Origin: Rhizophagus irregularis
Lineage: Eukaryota
Reading direction: 5' to 3'
NCBI RefSeq assembly: GCF_026210795.1
Contig: NC_089434.1
Span: 4,650,001-4,714,000 of the forward strand
Length of the DNA: 64,000 nt
Shown here: in pieces, positions 26,832 to 39,879 of the stretch
How the letters are laid out: every line of letters starts with the position of its first letter
Numbering within the stretch: the stretch's first letter is position 1
Position numbers and translations under genes: made by a program
Notes under the pieces: model-generated
Seen by the model: only the letters and a program-made list of their open reading frames with translations
Databases searched by the model: none
Told to the model about the DNA's origin: nothing

Positions 26832-28557
26832 TTTTTATAAAATTTAAATAATTGATAACGGGTGATTATTAAAAACAAAAACTAGGAAACGAAAAACTAT
26901 AGGTCCGGACTCCGGGGTGATAAAATTTGTTTCTTGTTTATTACGTATCACAAATTTTATTCTATTTATATTTTTTTGTTTATCGATGTAGCACAAATTT
27001 TCAGTGACGTGACGCGTGCGGACAAACGGACTTCACACGTGATCCAGTGATCCAATATGTGTTTAACGTTCATATTCGCTTCGCTCCACTCGCTCCACTC
27101 TTCGCTCCGGAGTCCGGACGATAAATATGTGATATGTAGTTTAAAATTAGTAATGATCGATTGTCGATCTTTTTTGCAAAGTGATACTGGAAATGTCACA
27201 TGCAGATCATTTTCATATTAAAATTAATTTGTGTAACATTAAGCAAATCAAGCAAATCATAGATTATCATGTGTTCTATCAATTTTTATCTTTAATGATA
27301 TTTTTTTATAACGTACCAAAAACTTACCTTAAAAACGCACTTTTTTCAAGATCCTTTCAAAATATAAAGAAATATGCAATTTTAAAAGTGAAGATATACG
27401 TAATTTTATGAGTAGAAAAGTTTTTCTAAGTTCATAATAGGCAGATTTTGCGCAAAATATAAAAAAATCAAAAAAATTACAGTACTTTTAAAAATATACA
27501 AAGATTTAAAGTGCAATTTCAACATTTTAGTTCTAAGTATATTTCCCTTGTAAATTAAGTGAATATTGTTCAACAAGGTAGAAACTACCTGAAACTCAAA
27601 TTTTGTAAGTTTATTAAAAATACTGTATAACTACTTTAATTTTTATAATTAAACTAACTTTAAATTTCGTTTAGCAACTTTAGAGCGTAATTTCAGCACT
27701 TTGGCTCTAAGTAAATTGACTTTGTAAATTAAGTGAAAAATGTTCACCAAGGTCGAAACTACATGTAATATAATTTTCATGAATTTTTAATTAATACCTA
27801 TGGCGTAATTGTTATTATTTGTAACAGTACAGTCAACCTCCTCTAAAAGCATCTCCTATATAAGCACACTCTTCTTTTAAGCACACTTTATTTGGTCACA
27901 GATTTTTTATATAATAAATACCTCTTTTATAATCACAATATTAGTTATAAGTATAATCACACTAATTATCAGTCCCATATTATAGTGAACATACAAGAAT
28001 TTTTCCATTTATAATCACACCATATCACGTGATTTGTACAATTTGTGAAACCTCATATTCTATTTAATTACGCGCTTTTGTACAATTTTCGTAGTTCGTG
28101 CAGTTTTGTTTATCTATTAAGTACTTTATTACTATATAATAACGCCTATTTACCCAAAAAAACACAAAAAACTCGTACTACTATCAGTATTGACTTAAAA
28201 AAAAAAATTTGCGAATATATGGTGGCAAATCCAAATGTAAGTCAAGGTGCTGTTGCCTCATTTTTTAATACAAAATATTCTGGATTAGATATCCAAAGAA
28301 CAACTACTAATAAAACGTGAAAGAATCATTAAAAATGGTTAGCAGTACTTTCTATTTCACAAACTGCGCATACATTTTGGCAACGTTCTGTTCAGTTTCC
28401 AGAACTTGATATGACTATGCAAATTTAGAATTCACAAGCAGTAGCTAGTGAAGTTCCTTTAACTGATGGAATATTACAACAAAAAAGATTAGAACTTGCT
28501 GAAATGTTAAATGTTAAAGACCAATTAAAGTGTGCTAATATATAGATGGGTGTATAG

Positions 28558-31500
28558 AGGACTCCGAGCAATATATATATAGGTAACAAGAAAGGTCAAA
28601 ATTTTTATAATAGCTCTACGCAAGGTTTTTATTAATACAAATAAGCAAAATAAACATGTGACTTCACGAATTGCCTAAAAATAAGCAATCCAATCATATG
28701 ACTTATAAAAAATTTTTTTAGTACGAAAATCATATGATGATCATTTCCAATTGCCATTTTATTGTTTTTTCGTGATAACAATTTAATATTTCTTCATTTT
28801 TTCAATAATATCATCCCGACCAAAATATTCATCATAATATTTCTTTTCGTCCCCTACTAACTTTAGCATATTACTATCAATTAAAACTTTTGTTTCTGAA
28901 ATATGATAAACTATGTTTGATGGTATATGATGCGTTAAAATATTACACCCTTCTTTAACTAAATCACTAAAAACATTAAAATGAATGGGAATATATACAT
29001 GTAATGAAATATAGGAAATATCATTAATAGTTTCAACTGGTTCATCTGTATAACAATGCTTTCCATATGCTTCAAAATAAACTGATATAACACGCCCTAT
29101 GCACATTTTATCACCATATCTTACAAACACATAATGTTCCTTTACCAACGGAAATTCACGAGTTATGTTTGCATCCTCAATATTTGGAACTTATAAGTTT
29201 ACAAATAATTATTATAATTATTAACAACAATTTTAATTTTATTTTATGCATTTAACACTCACTTTGGATTGTACTAATATGAGCTTTTCTTTTATTGATC
29301 ATTTTTTTCTTTCTTGATTTTTCTAATTCTTCCATATGTAATTGCGCAAGTGTAAGAGCCAGATTTTTTCTATTATCTTTCCATCTTTTTTCTCTTTGTG
29401 TGACAAATCTCTGTTCTGGATTTTCATTTTTTGTAAAATAAACCACGAAGTGACTTGCTTTATTTGGTTGAATAGAAATATTGTTAGATAAATTTAAATT
29501 TAATCCTACAGGCTTAAATCTTCTTTCAAGAGGTTTTGAGCAATATGCTTCATGTAATTTTCTTTGATTAATTAGTGATTCAAAATTCAAATCGTCATTG
29601 ATAAAATATTTGAATTCATTGTTAACTATTAATTAAAGAATAATCAGTATAATAAAACATTAAATACAGGACTGCTATAATAAAAATTAAATTTTAGAAA
29701 TAAACTTACCACTATCACCATCATTTAAAATTGACATAACAGTCATTTTATCAAGTAATTGAATTTGAGAATAACAGTCATTAAATATCTTTTCATTTTC
29801 AAGGTTTTCTTCTAATTGTTCATTAATTTTTTGTATTTCGGAAGAGGCTTTGTTAATTGCTGTAGATAAATCAATTTCACAATCGTCAGATAGTTCACTT
29901 TCATCATTGTCATGTAAATTTTCTTCATCATTAATATCAATAAAAATTGTAGGAGTATTGTTATTGATTAATAAGGTAGATGGCTGAATCATTCCAAGAA
30001 ATTCAGCAAGTTCTCTTGCTAAATGTTGTGAATGATGAAAAGTTTGTGATATTTGTTTATCTGATGGCCAAAGTCGAAGTTTTTGCATTGATAGTTCATC
30101 TAAAGAGCCAGAATTATAATCAAAATTATAGCCTACAAGTAAAAAATTTAATACCTAATTTAGTTGGAAATTTTTATATACAATTATTTAGTAAAATATT
30201 TTTTAAGTCAAAAATACCTTCACGAACAGATTTTCCTTTTTCAAAATTTAGTTTCTTATTTCTAAGTGCTTTTGTATATTGTGATATTTTTGGTAGCATT
30301 TGGATGATTTCTGCAAAGCTAAAATCAGGATTTATTTGTCTTGCTACACCAAAAAAATGCTCACAAGGTTCAGTACCATGCATCCAAGGAATTAAAGGTA
30401 TTTGAGAATAATATTCACGATGGGCCTTGACTAATAAAACCATTGATTGACAAAGAGAAGTAAGTATTGAAAATGTTTGGTCAGCCAAAAAATTCTGGTT
30501 TATCGTAATAAAATCAGGATATCTTTGTGCAAGCGTCTTAATATGGAATTGCCAAAGGTGTAAGAAGAAAAAACCAGTCATTGCCATTCTTATTCTTTCA
30601 ATAGGAGTAATATTACGATTAAGATAACTATCTACAATTTCACCTAAATTAGTAGTATAGTATTTGATTAATAAATTAAAATTGTATTTAAATTAATAAA
30701 TAAAGGAAATTTACTGCTTACCTATCACAAATAGGTATATAAAAAAACCATCCATTTCAGATTGTATTTTATAATCCATGGTCAAGCATTGTTTTAAATT
30801 TGAAGAGCAAAATGTTCTATACGCTGCAGCATCATCTTGACGATCTAATTTTATAACATCATTTTTATACATAATTGAATCATGACGTCCAATAAGATTG
30901 AGAAAATGAGAATACCGAGCTGATGAATTTCCAAATGTCAATAAACGGGCTCCAGACATTAAAGCATTGCGAGCAGTTTTTTTTGCGTGTTTTGGATCCT
31001 GTACACGAATAATAGGACCAACATTATTAAAAATTGGACAACTAAAATGAATATTTAAGCTATTATCACGAATAGAAAGTTGTTCTGGTGTTTGAATTGT
31101 AAGTATTTTTTCCTGTGCTTGAAATTCAACAATTGCTCCATCTGATCCAATTGACAAAATATGAAGTTGTAAACGCGGTGCAATTTCTTGAATTAATTTT
31201 TTATGTAATATTGAAATGTCATCAGCAGTATCTTTTGATTTGTTAGGAATTAAAGCAATCACAACTGGAGGAAACTTGGGTAGCGGTACCTTAGAATTTA
31301 ATTTTAAATATATTAGTTTAATAAATGATTTATAATAAAGGCAATAATTTACAAAATAAATATAAACTTACTTGGAGAATGTATGCACGAACATCTTTAG
31401 CAATTGCCATTTGATTTTTAATATTATTGATAATTTTTGGAATATCGCCATAGATAATTACTTTTGTTTGATCATTAGGTAAAATTGAACCAACAATGCA

Positions 31501-33217
31501 TCCAAGTTGTGGTGAATATCTTAAACATGATTTTAATTTTGTATTATCTGTCATAGCAGCTATTGGACCATTGTACTTAATAGTATCAATTAAGCGTTTA
31601 AATTTCGCAACATTTTCATAGCAAAGATCTGGATTGGTGAGACAATCTTCATCATTACGCCGCAAATATCTAAATTAATTAAAATGCAAAATTTAATAAA
31701 AATCAATAAATAACTATTAACTATTATTCCATACCTAATAGATTGGATACATCATCCTTCTAGATTTTGGCGAAATAAATCTAAAGCCCTAGTACTAAAA
31801 CCTCCTAAGATCACTAAGAAGTTAGTAAATTCTTCAGAATATTTAATATTTTGTTTGCCCTTATTTTTGATTTTTTGCTCTGCTGCATCATTCATAACTT
31901 CACATAACCCAACAAAAATTGGCTTATAATCAAATGCACCCTGAAGTGCTTTGTCAGCTAAAGTAATCCATATTTTGCTACCATTATTACAATCACTATC
32001 ATCATTAAGTAAATTCCATATGTCCCGAAGATGATTATTCTTAAGATGTTCTTTTAATGCATTATCCTCCCAGTAATATTTTGGGGTAAACTTAACATTC
32101 TCAGGTGATGGGACTCTTTTAGTAATATTTGTACACAGTCTCTTGTCAGATCTTATATAGCAGCACTCATTACAAATATTTCCATGTTCAGCGTAGCCAT
32201 TACATGTTTTTGAACGAACGGAATTGCCTAAAATTTATAATAAACAATAATTTATTAATAAATGAAAATAATGTATACAAATTTATATTACAATTAACTC
32301 ACATGATCTATCTATTTGCCATACTGATTCAGCATACAAAGTTCGATTTAATTTTCTTTTTTCTTCAAAATTCAACTTCTTGCGAGAGAAACTTTTACCT
32401 AAAAATCTAGGAAACAATTCACATGCTATATTTTCAATGCGTCTTGAGCCGCCAAATTGTGCTGGAGTACGTTTAATATATGAGGATATTTGTTCTGATC
32501 GAAGTCCTTTACACATTTGGCGTTTTTTTGAATACTGATCTGTATTTGTTTCATCGTTATCAGTAATAAGAGATGAAATCGAAATATTGTCATCACTATC
32601 GCTACTTTCATCTATTTGTAACAAATCATCATCATCCATGTTATCATATATATTAGAATCAAATTCATCTTCCGAACTTTCCATATTTTCAACTTGAACA
32701 GGTTTAAAAAAGTTGTAAATTGTCCTTTGACCTTCTTTTGCTTTACAGCCAGAGCTTTTTGCATGACGATTTAAGTAATCTTCTTCATACCGCCTATTAA
32801 GTTTGATTGTTTTGCCACAAATACATATAACCTTTTTAGCATTAATAATATGTGCACAATATTCATGTTTTAAAAGTCGTTCTTTACTATATTTCCAAGA
32901 CGACATGATGTTGAAAGATTATCATTGATCAAATGTTACAATATATTATTTTGTATAGTTGTGTAACAAATATTACAATTTTTAATTAGTACGATGATCT
33001 CATTTTTCATAATTTAAATATTGCCAAATTTATCCAAAAAATAAGCAATCGTAACATATGACTTATCGAAAATCCCGTCAAAATTAAGCAAATAAAAAAT
33101 ATGACGTTAGCCACAAATATCGTTGATTTTATGCAGTTATAACCTCTAACTGTGGCCAAAACAGCATGTGGCTAAGCAAACAATATTGTTACCTATATAT
33201 ATATTGCTTGGGGTCCT
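28558..33217 (-). mobile_element. P-element-like DNA transposon, 4660 bp, with ~32-bp TIRs and 8-bp TSD
   Basis: TIRs AGGACTCCGAGCAATATATATATAGGTAACAA / TTGTTACCTATATATATATTGCTTGGGGTCCT; perfect TSD GTGTATAG at 28550-28557 and 33218-33225. Removing the element restores the pogo reading frame. Confidence 0.92.
28783..32906 (-). pseudogene. P-like DDE transposase, 8 exons, ~1193 aa, one premature stop
   Basis: Manual GT-AG model: 32906-32303, 32227-31735, 31669-31372, 31289-30722, 30643-30218, 30132-29710, 29625-29263, 29189-28783 (3582 nt, in frame). Motifs MTDNTK, GSDGA, DPKHAKKTARN (DxxH), TEPCEHFFGVARQ. TGA at 31752-31754 is probably from CGA. Confidence 0.85.
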
Positions 33218-34927
33218 GTGTATAGATTTAAATTGCACAATGATCTTCAAAAAGTTCATGTTTTAGGGGAAGCTAAAAGTGCTCCACTTGAAAGTCTTTC
33301 AAAGAAACGTATATGTTTATGTGTACTTTTAGATAAATATAATGAAGAGGATATCTATAATGCAGATGAGACAGGCCTTTTTTTTCAAATGGAATCAAAT
33401 CAAACATTTAGTACTGGAGCAGTTTCTGGATGTAAAAAAGTAATACTTTTAATTTTTAATATAAAATGCAATATTTAATTACAATTAAAAATTGATTTTT
33501 TATTTATTTTATAAGATAAAAGCTGGGTTTCTATTCTTTTTTGTGCTAAATGCTACAGACTCTCATAAATTTCGTCCTCTTGTAATTGGAAAATCACTTA
33601 ACTCGCGATGCTTTAAAAATTTTAACAAATCAGCTCTTCTTGTAGTTTATCGTGCTAATTCAAAAGCATAGATGAGATCTGACATTTTAAGGCATTTAGA
33701 TAATTATTTTCATACATTAGATCAAAAGATTTTACTACTTATTAATAATGCAGGTTTCCATTTTAATCCAAAAAGACTTGAAAAAGATGATGATGAAGAG
33801 ATGCTAGATAAATGTGATAATGAATAAGAATCAAGTCAAAATCATAGAAAAAAAAAGATAAAAAAGAAAGCATCTGAACTTACAAATATCAAACTTGTTT
33901 ACCTTTCACCAAATACAACAGCTCATCTCCAACTTATGGATGCAGGTATTATTCATAGTTTTAAAGCTAAATACAAGCAGAAGTTTTGTAAACATTTAAT
34001 TCATCAATTTGATTCTGGGATAGATTATGTAAAGTAAGTTATTTAACTTATTTTTTTTTATAATAAAATATTAATTAATGTTAATTATTATATTTAGAAA
34101 CAAGTTAAATATTAAGGAAGCAATTGATTATATTGCTGAAAGGTGGAATAATGTTACTCAAAAAACTATAAAAAATTGTTAGATTAAAACTGGTATACTT
34201 TCAACTTATGATGATGATGAAATTGAGAATCTTCTTAATCATTTGCCAGAGTCTGATAATATTATAGAATATTTTCAGATTCTTAATCAGAAATTCCAAC
34301 TAAAGAAAACCTTACTGATGAAGAAATTGTTAATTTAGCACAAGCTGATAAAGAAAATCAAGAAGTAGATGATGATGATAATGATGATGATGATGAAATA
34401 CCTGTAATTTCAGTGAAAAAAGCAGCTAATGCACTGGAAACTTTTATTAATTTTTTTGAACAACAAAATGATAATGAATTTAATAATGAAGATTTACACG
34501 TTTTTAAAAAATATTTACATGTAGTTAGAGTAAAAGAGTTTAATTCAAAAAGGCAAAGTACTCTTGATTTATTTCTTAATGATTGTAATATAGAATAATT
34601 GTTTATCTGTTTTAATGTAATAGGGTAATGCAAGTTTTATTTTTATAGTAATAATAAAATAGAAAGTAGTAACACGCTATTTTCAAAATAAAATGTATAA
34701 GTTGTATGTATTTTCTTGCATATGTGATCATATAAGTTAAAATATATATTATAAATATATTGATATTTTATTTAAAATTATAATAAAAAAATTTTTTTAT
34801 ATATAATCACATCAAATCGAAAATTATCTATACATGTAATTATATAAAAAAATTTTAAAATAAGCACACCTCTTTATAATTACACTACTTGCTGGTTCTA
34901 AGGGATGTGACTATAAAGGGGGTCAAC

Positions 34928-35152
34928 AGGACCCCGCTTATTTATAATAAAAGTTATTTAGAAAATTGGCCCTTTACTAATAGTTTTTACCTTACTTTTT
35001 TCTTAAATTCTATTGGTTAATTAGCTAAAAAGAAAAAAAATCATAACAATATAACATAAAATTTCCTTTTATAGTAGGATCTGTAAAGAATTTTATATAT
35101 GATTTTTATTTTAGGCCTAAGGGTGACCTGTCTTATAAGTAAGCGGAGTTCT
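34928..35152 (+). mobile_element. 225-bp MITE with P-like AGGACCCC termini, inserted in the pogo right TIR
   Basis: TIR AGGACCCCGCTTATTTATAA / TTATAAGTAAGCGGAGTTCT; degenerate 8-bp TSD GGGTCAAC / AGATCAAC; second copy at 62133-62366. Confidence 0.8.
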
Positions 35153-37233
35153 AGATCAACTGTACTAATTTTCGATCTTCAAATTTTTTACACCTGATCA
35201 ATAACTTCAGAGTGTAATTTTAGCATTTTGGATTTAAGTAAATCAACTTTGTAAATTAAGGGAAAATTATTCAGTATGGTCAAATCTACCCACATATCAA
35301 TTATCATGAATTTTTGATTAATTCTCATAGCGCAATTAGTGTTTATATTTTATACACCTGATCTGTAACTTCAGAAGTAATTTCAGCACTTAGCTACTAA
35401 GTAAATCGCCTTCATAAATTAAGTGATAAATGTTCAGCATAGTCAAATTTACTTATATTTTAAATTACATGAATTTTGATTAATACTCATGACGCAATTG
35501 TCATTATTTGTAATAGTACTAATTTTTGATCTTTTATTTTTTATTTTTAATATAAAAATACATTTTAAACTTTAAATAAAGAATAATAAAGAGTATGTGA
35601 ATATTTTTTTTTAATAAAATTATAAAAGTGGTCAATAAGTTTAAATTTTTTTTATTATATTGTATAAATATGATGTTATATATAATCTAAATTTAGACTG
35701 ACATTATAAATCTGGCCAGAATTAACAAAAATTTAGCCAGATTTAATTAATTTTGGCCAACTTAATTATACTTAAAGAGGATATTGTACCACAAAATTTT
35801 TTTAGTGAAAAAAATTTGCCTTTCCTTTTTTTGTGACATTTCCAGTGACTGTTAGTAATACATTTTTTTTTCTCACGATGATCTCTATATTTTGATTCGA
35901 CAATTACGCGTTTTATGATTATATGATTAGACGCAGTTCCCATCTCAAATTTTACAAAATCTCCTAGAGAAAATTGTTCAAAAAATTAAATACGAAAATT
36001 CATACAAAAAATTCATTCTCATAACTAAGCTATAAATTTCCTTTCCTACATTAAATTCAAACTTTCATTATTCTTTGTAAAAAAAAAAAAAAAAAAAAAT
36101 TCAAAAAATCAATTTATTAAAAAAATTTCGCGAATATTAATCACGGATCAACAATTTTTTTTTTATGGAAATTCAGTCGCACAAACATTCATTATTGTCT
36201 CGAAATTCTTATTATTCAAATTATTTTACTAATGACTTGCTATTGATAGGAAAAAAATTAATAATTCTTTTAATTAAACGTTCCATCCATTTATATTTTA
36301 AATGGATAAACTTTTTTTTTCTTCAATTTCGTTCATATTTTGGTAAAATTATGAAGATTTTGGGCTACACTCTAATTGAATGACATAAACGAAGATTTAT
36401 CAAAATTTATATTATTATATAAAATTCATTAAAAATAATTGAAAAGAAGTTTGATATAGCTCTCACTTTTAGGTGGTTTATGTGTTAGAAGAATTAAGAT
36501 TGTTTTATTTGCTTTTTTTTAAACAATTTCAATTTCTAAGAACTTGGGGTGATACTAGACGAAAATGTTAGTGAAAATTATCGACTTATTGATGAAATCT
36601 ACAGATTTATTCAAAAAATATGTATAAAGTTATCTATTAACAGAAATTCAAAATTTATTTTTTTAATTTTTGCATGCGATTTAAAATTTGTATAATAAAA
36701 ACTATGTAAAAAAAATTTGATTAGAGGCAAAAAATGGTTAGTCAGACAATCTCTTCAATACTATTATGCAGCCGAGAAAAACCTCGAAAATTCTTTCGTT
36801 CCGTGAATTGTGATACAAGTGTATATAATATGCAATTTTTTTTTTATAGATAAATAATCATGTGACAATAAGAATATCTAATTTTAAAGATCAGAAACAA
36901 ATTCTTTAGGATATAGCAACTAGGCGTGTATAAACAATTACGCAAATAAATATGCAAAGGAGAGATATCATATGCAATTCATTATGATAATAAAGTTCGG
37001 ATCAAAAAAATAAATATCGTTTATATATTTTTTAAAATCATGCAAACGTATGTGAAACATTACAGGAATTGTGTCGCATCTCGCATAATTTTTACAAATT
37101 ATTTCTCACACACAAAAAAAAATATGGCATGAAAACCTCTTGAAAAATCCTTTTTTTATACTAGTTCTGAATGATATTTTTTAAAAAAATATGTACATTC
37201 AATGAAATGCATATTGGCGATTGGCGTTATTTC

Positions 37234-37267
<34 letters not shown>

Positions 37268-39100
37268 ATGAATTTTTTATTTTTATTATTTTTTTTTTTT
37301 TTAAAAAAAAAATTGGCCCAAAGTAAAGTAATTTCTTATCAACAAATTTAGATAAATTATTACTTTTTTTATTTTTATTTTTAAATAAATTTATTTATTA
37401 ATTGATACATTTAAAATTATTTTTGAGGTGGGTTTATTGATGTACATTCCGATCATTCCGATCATGTATCATACAAATACAATAGATCTACATGCATAGA
37501 TACATTTAAAAAAAAAAATACGATATTAGATAAGGAATTCGAGATGTTGATAAAGTATCGTTTTCGCATACATCTGATAATCACGTTCAATTTATTTTTG
37601 ATGTATCAATTCATTTGACATATTTTTTTTTTTTTTGGAAAACTATGAACTTTTTCAGTTTTAATTATAATGGATATCAATAAATCAAATATTGATTATC
37701 TTACGAAATCTGAAAATACTATAAAAGTAATATGATTCCAAATATAGAAAAAGAACATGAATCGAATTTTCTTTATTGTGGTTACAATCTTAGTCGAAAG
37801 CGAATTTCCGATAAGTCATTAATAATTTGTTTTTAATTATTCAACCTTCACATAATACAATTATCCTATCCATTAAAAAACGCATAAATAGAGTTCTTAA
37901 AGAAATTATTACCATATTCGCTAAACAAAATGTTGCTAGTAAATTTAAAAAACTCCATAATATTTAACATCAAATCTGAACCCCAATTAATTGGAGAAAC
38001 TAATCCTTCCCGTAAAGTCCAAATTGGGAGAGTCAAGAAAAGAAGTACGTGTATTATCCCCCATTATCTTGGGAGATTAATCAAGACAACAACAAGGTAT
38101 TATTGAATTGAATACAAAAGATAATCATATATTCATATATTTCATGTATTAACAATTTATAATTTAATAATTAGTGATCATGTGTCTAGGTTGAGGGAGT
38201 ATTGCGACGAATGAGCTACTTTTTTATGATACCGTAAGGGAGTAAACAGACTAATCTTCCTTTTAATAACAAACATTGTGTTGTTATCTGTTTCTCTCAC
38301 AATCACTTCCGTATATATGTCCTCTTTTCTGACTTTACCAAGGTGATTCCAACTCAGGAAGAAATATTACTTCATTATATATATGCCCTCTTATTATCAC
38401 CCCGTCTTAATTTGAATATTTATTTCGTTTTTATGAATTAGTTATAAAAAAAATTAAGATTTTTGTGATGTCAATCGAACCTTCGATTGACACGTTACGA
38501 AATATATTCTTGCGACATCAATAAATTAACACGGATTTTTTTTTATTTAATTCTTAGTTTATAAAATTCTTTTTTTTTTCGTAAAATCTTAAAATTCGTC
38601 AGATATTCATTTATGCGCATTATCCGAAATTTTTTTTTTCGTATGAGATTTTTAAATATTTATGTACCTGATATTTTTTATACACATGTTATAATAAAAT
38701 TTATTCGATTATGCAAATTTATAAAAGTTAATAAATACAAAAATGGTTTAGCTTCTTTTACCACTACATATCGGCGGATTGCGCAATCACATATTCACAT
38801 GTCATTTTACTATGACAAAGAAATTAACCGTCAACTGAGAATTTAATCAATTAGAAAAAAAAAACGTATAAATAATGTTAACTTTTCTCTTCAAAGTTTA
38901 AACTCTTCCCAATATCTTCTATAAAACAAACATTAGTCCCTATAAAAAATTTTTAGAAAATTGATCAACATGTCAGTTTTTTGGGAACGAAAACGTAATG
39001 CGGACGAAACCGTATTTGACGCCAATTGGTAAAATTCATTATTTATTATAATCTTTTTTTTTTTTGCAACGTTAATTTTAATGTTTGACCATCTTTATTC

Positions 39101-39275
39101 TTCCACAAACGTATTGAGAGATCTTTACTTGCAGAAAAATTCTTCGGCAAGTAAGAGATCTCTCAATACGTTTGTGGAATCTCATCAAGACCATGCATCA
39201 CAGCGAGTAAAGATCTCAGTACGTCTGTGGAATCTCGAGACCATGCAGACTGTCGCCATCTTTACCGGAGAATTG
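39101..39275 (+). pseudogene. Duplicated WD40-repeat fragment (EED/ESC-like) whose first copy is part of a 79-bp hairpin
   Basis: SASK-DLSIRLWNLIKTM and ASKDL-SVRLWNLETMQTVAIFTGE lie in tandem (frameshifted); 39101-39132 is the reverse complement of 39147-39179 with one bulge. Confidence 0.65.
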
Positions 39276-39879
39276 ATTATAAGGAATATAATAAAAAAAA
39301 TAATATCAATAAATATTCACCACCCAAATTTTGTTACAAATATCTTAAAGAAATTGGGGAAATAGTCATAATATTTAGTCATAGTAATATTTAGTTATTA
39401 GTAATATTTAGTTATATTTTATTATTTATTTATATGGCATTAAAGAAACGATAAATAAAAAATAAAAAAATAAGTATATTAAGTATTTTAAATGAGTTCA
39501 AGTCAGTAAATGATTTACCGAGTGATCATAATTTTGAACTTAATAAAATTTATTTAAATCGATTAATTTTTTATTCATTAATAAATAATAAAAATTTTAA
39601 ATATTGGATAAAGCATAAGAAAATTCATCATTCAAATTTATTTTTAATTTATCGAATCACACTACGTTCTTAGGTTATATTGAAATTTTGATCTACTTTT
39701 TTATCAACAAAATATTAATTTACTCAAAGATTCGGTGTTTGACAAATTCATAATCTAAGTCATACTTTTTTATAAAACCATAGTATTATATGTAAATACC
39801 AGCTCATTTTGAAAAGTATGATAATCATTCCAATTATATATTTTAAAAAGAAATAATTATTGTATATGTGCCTTAAAGG

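Larger units (their letters stand above)
27830..35162 (+). mobile_element. pogo/Tigger (Tc1-mariner, CENP-B/DDE_1) transposon, inactivated
   Basis: TA|CAGTCAACC...TCAACTG|TA ends; HTH RTTISIDLKKKICEY; WVYRFK..GEAKSA rejoined across the insertion; IYNADETGLF; PNTTAHLQLMDAGII; several stops. Confidence 0.9.
27185..35847. mobile_element. Non-coding TIR element family A (host of the nested pogo, P-like and MITE insertions)
   Basis: TIR (T/C)ACTGGAAATGTCACA at 27185-27200 and inverted at 35832-35847; internal ~170-190-bp repeats (TAAATTAAGTGA..TGTTCA); a collinear inverted copy lies at ~59180-62100. Confidence 0.75.

Noticed and set aside
29980..30405. Plus-strand ORF (also 32129-32410 and 46012-46212)
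   Set aside because: Antisense shadows of the P-like transposase exons.
37233..37312. Poly-A and poly-T runs as a retroposon tail or hairpin
   Set aside because: No associated element or TSD; homopolymers are common here.
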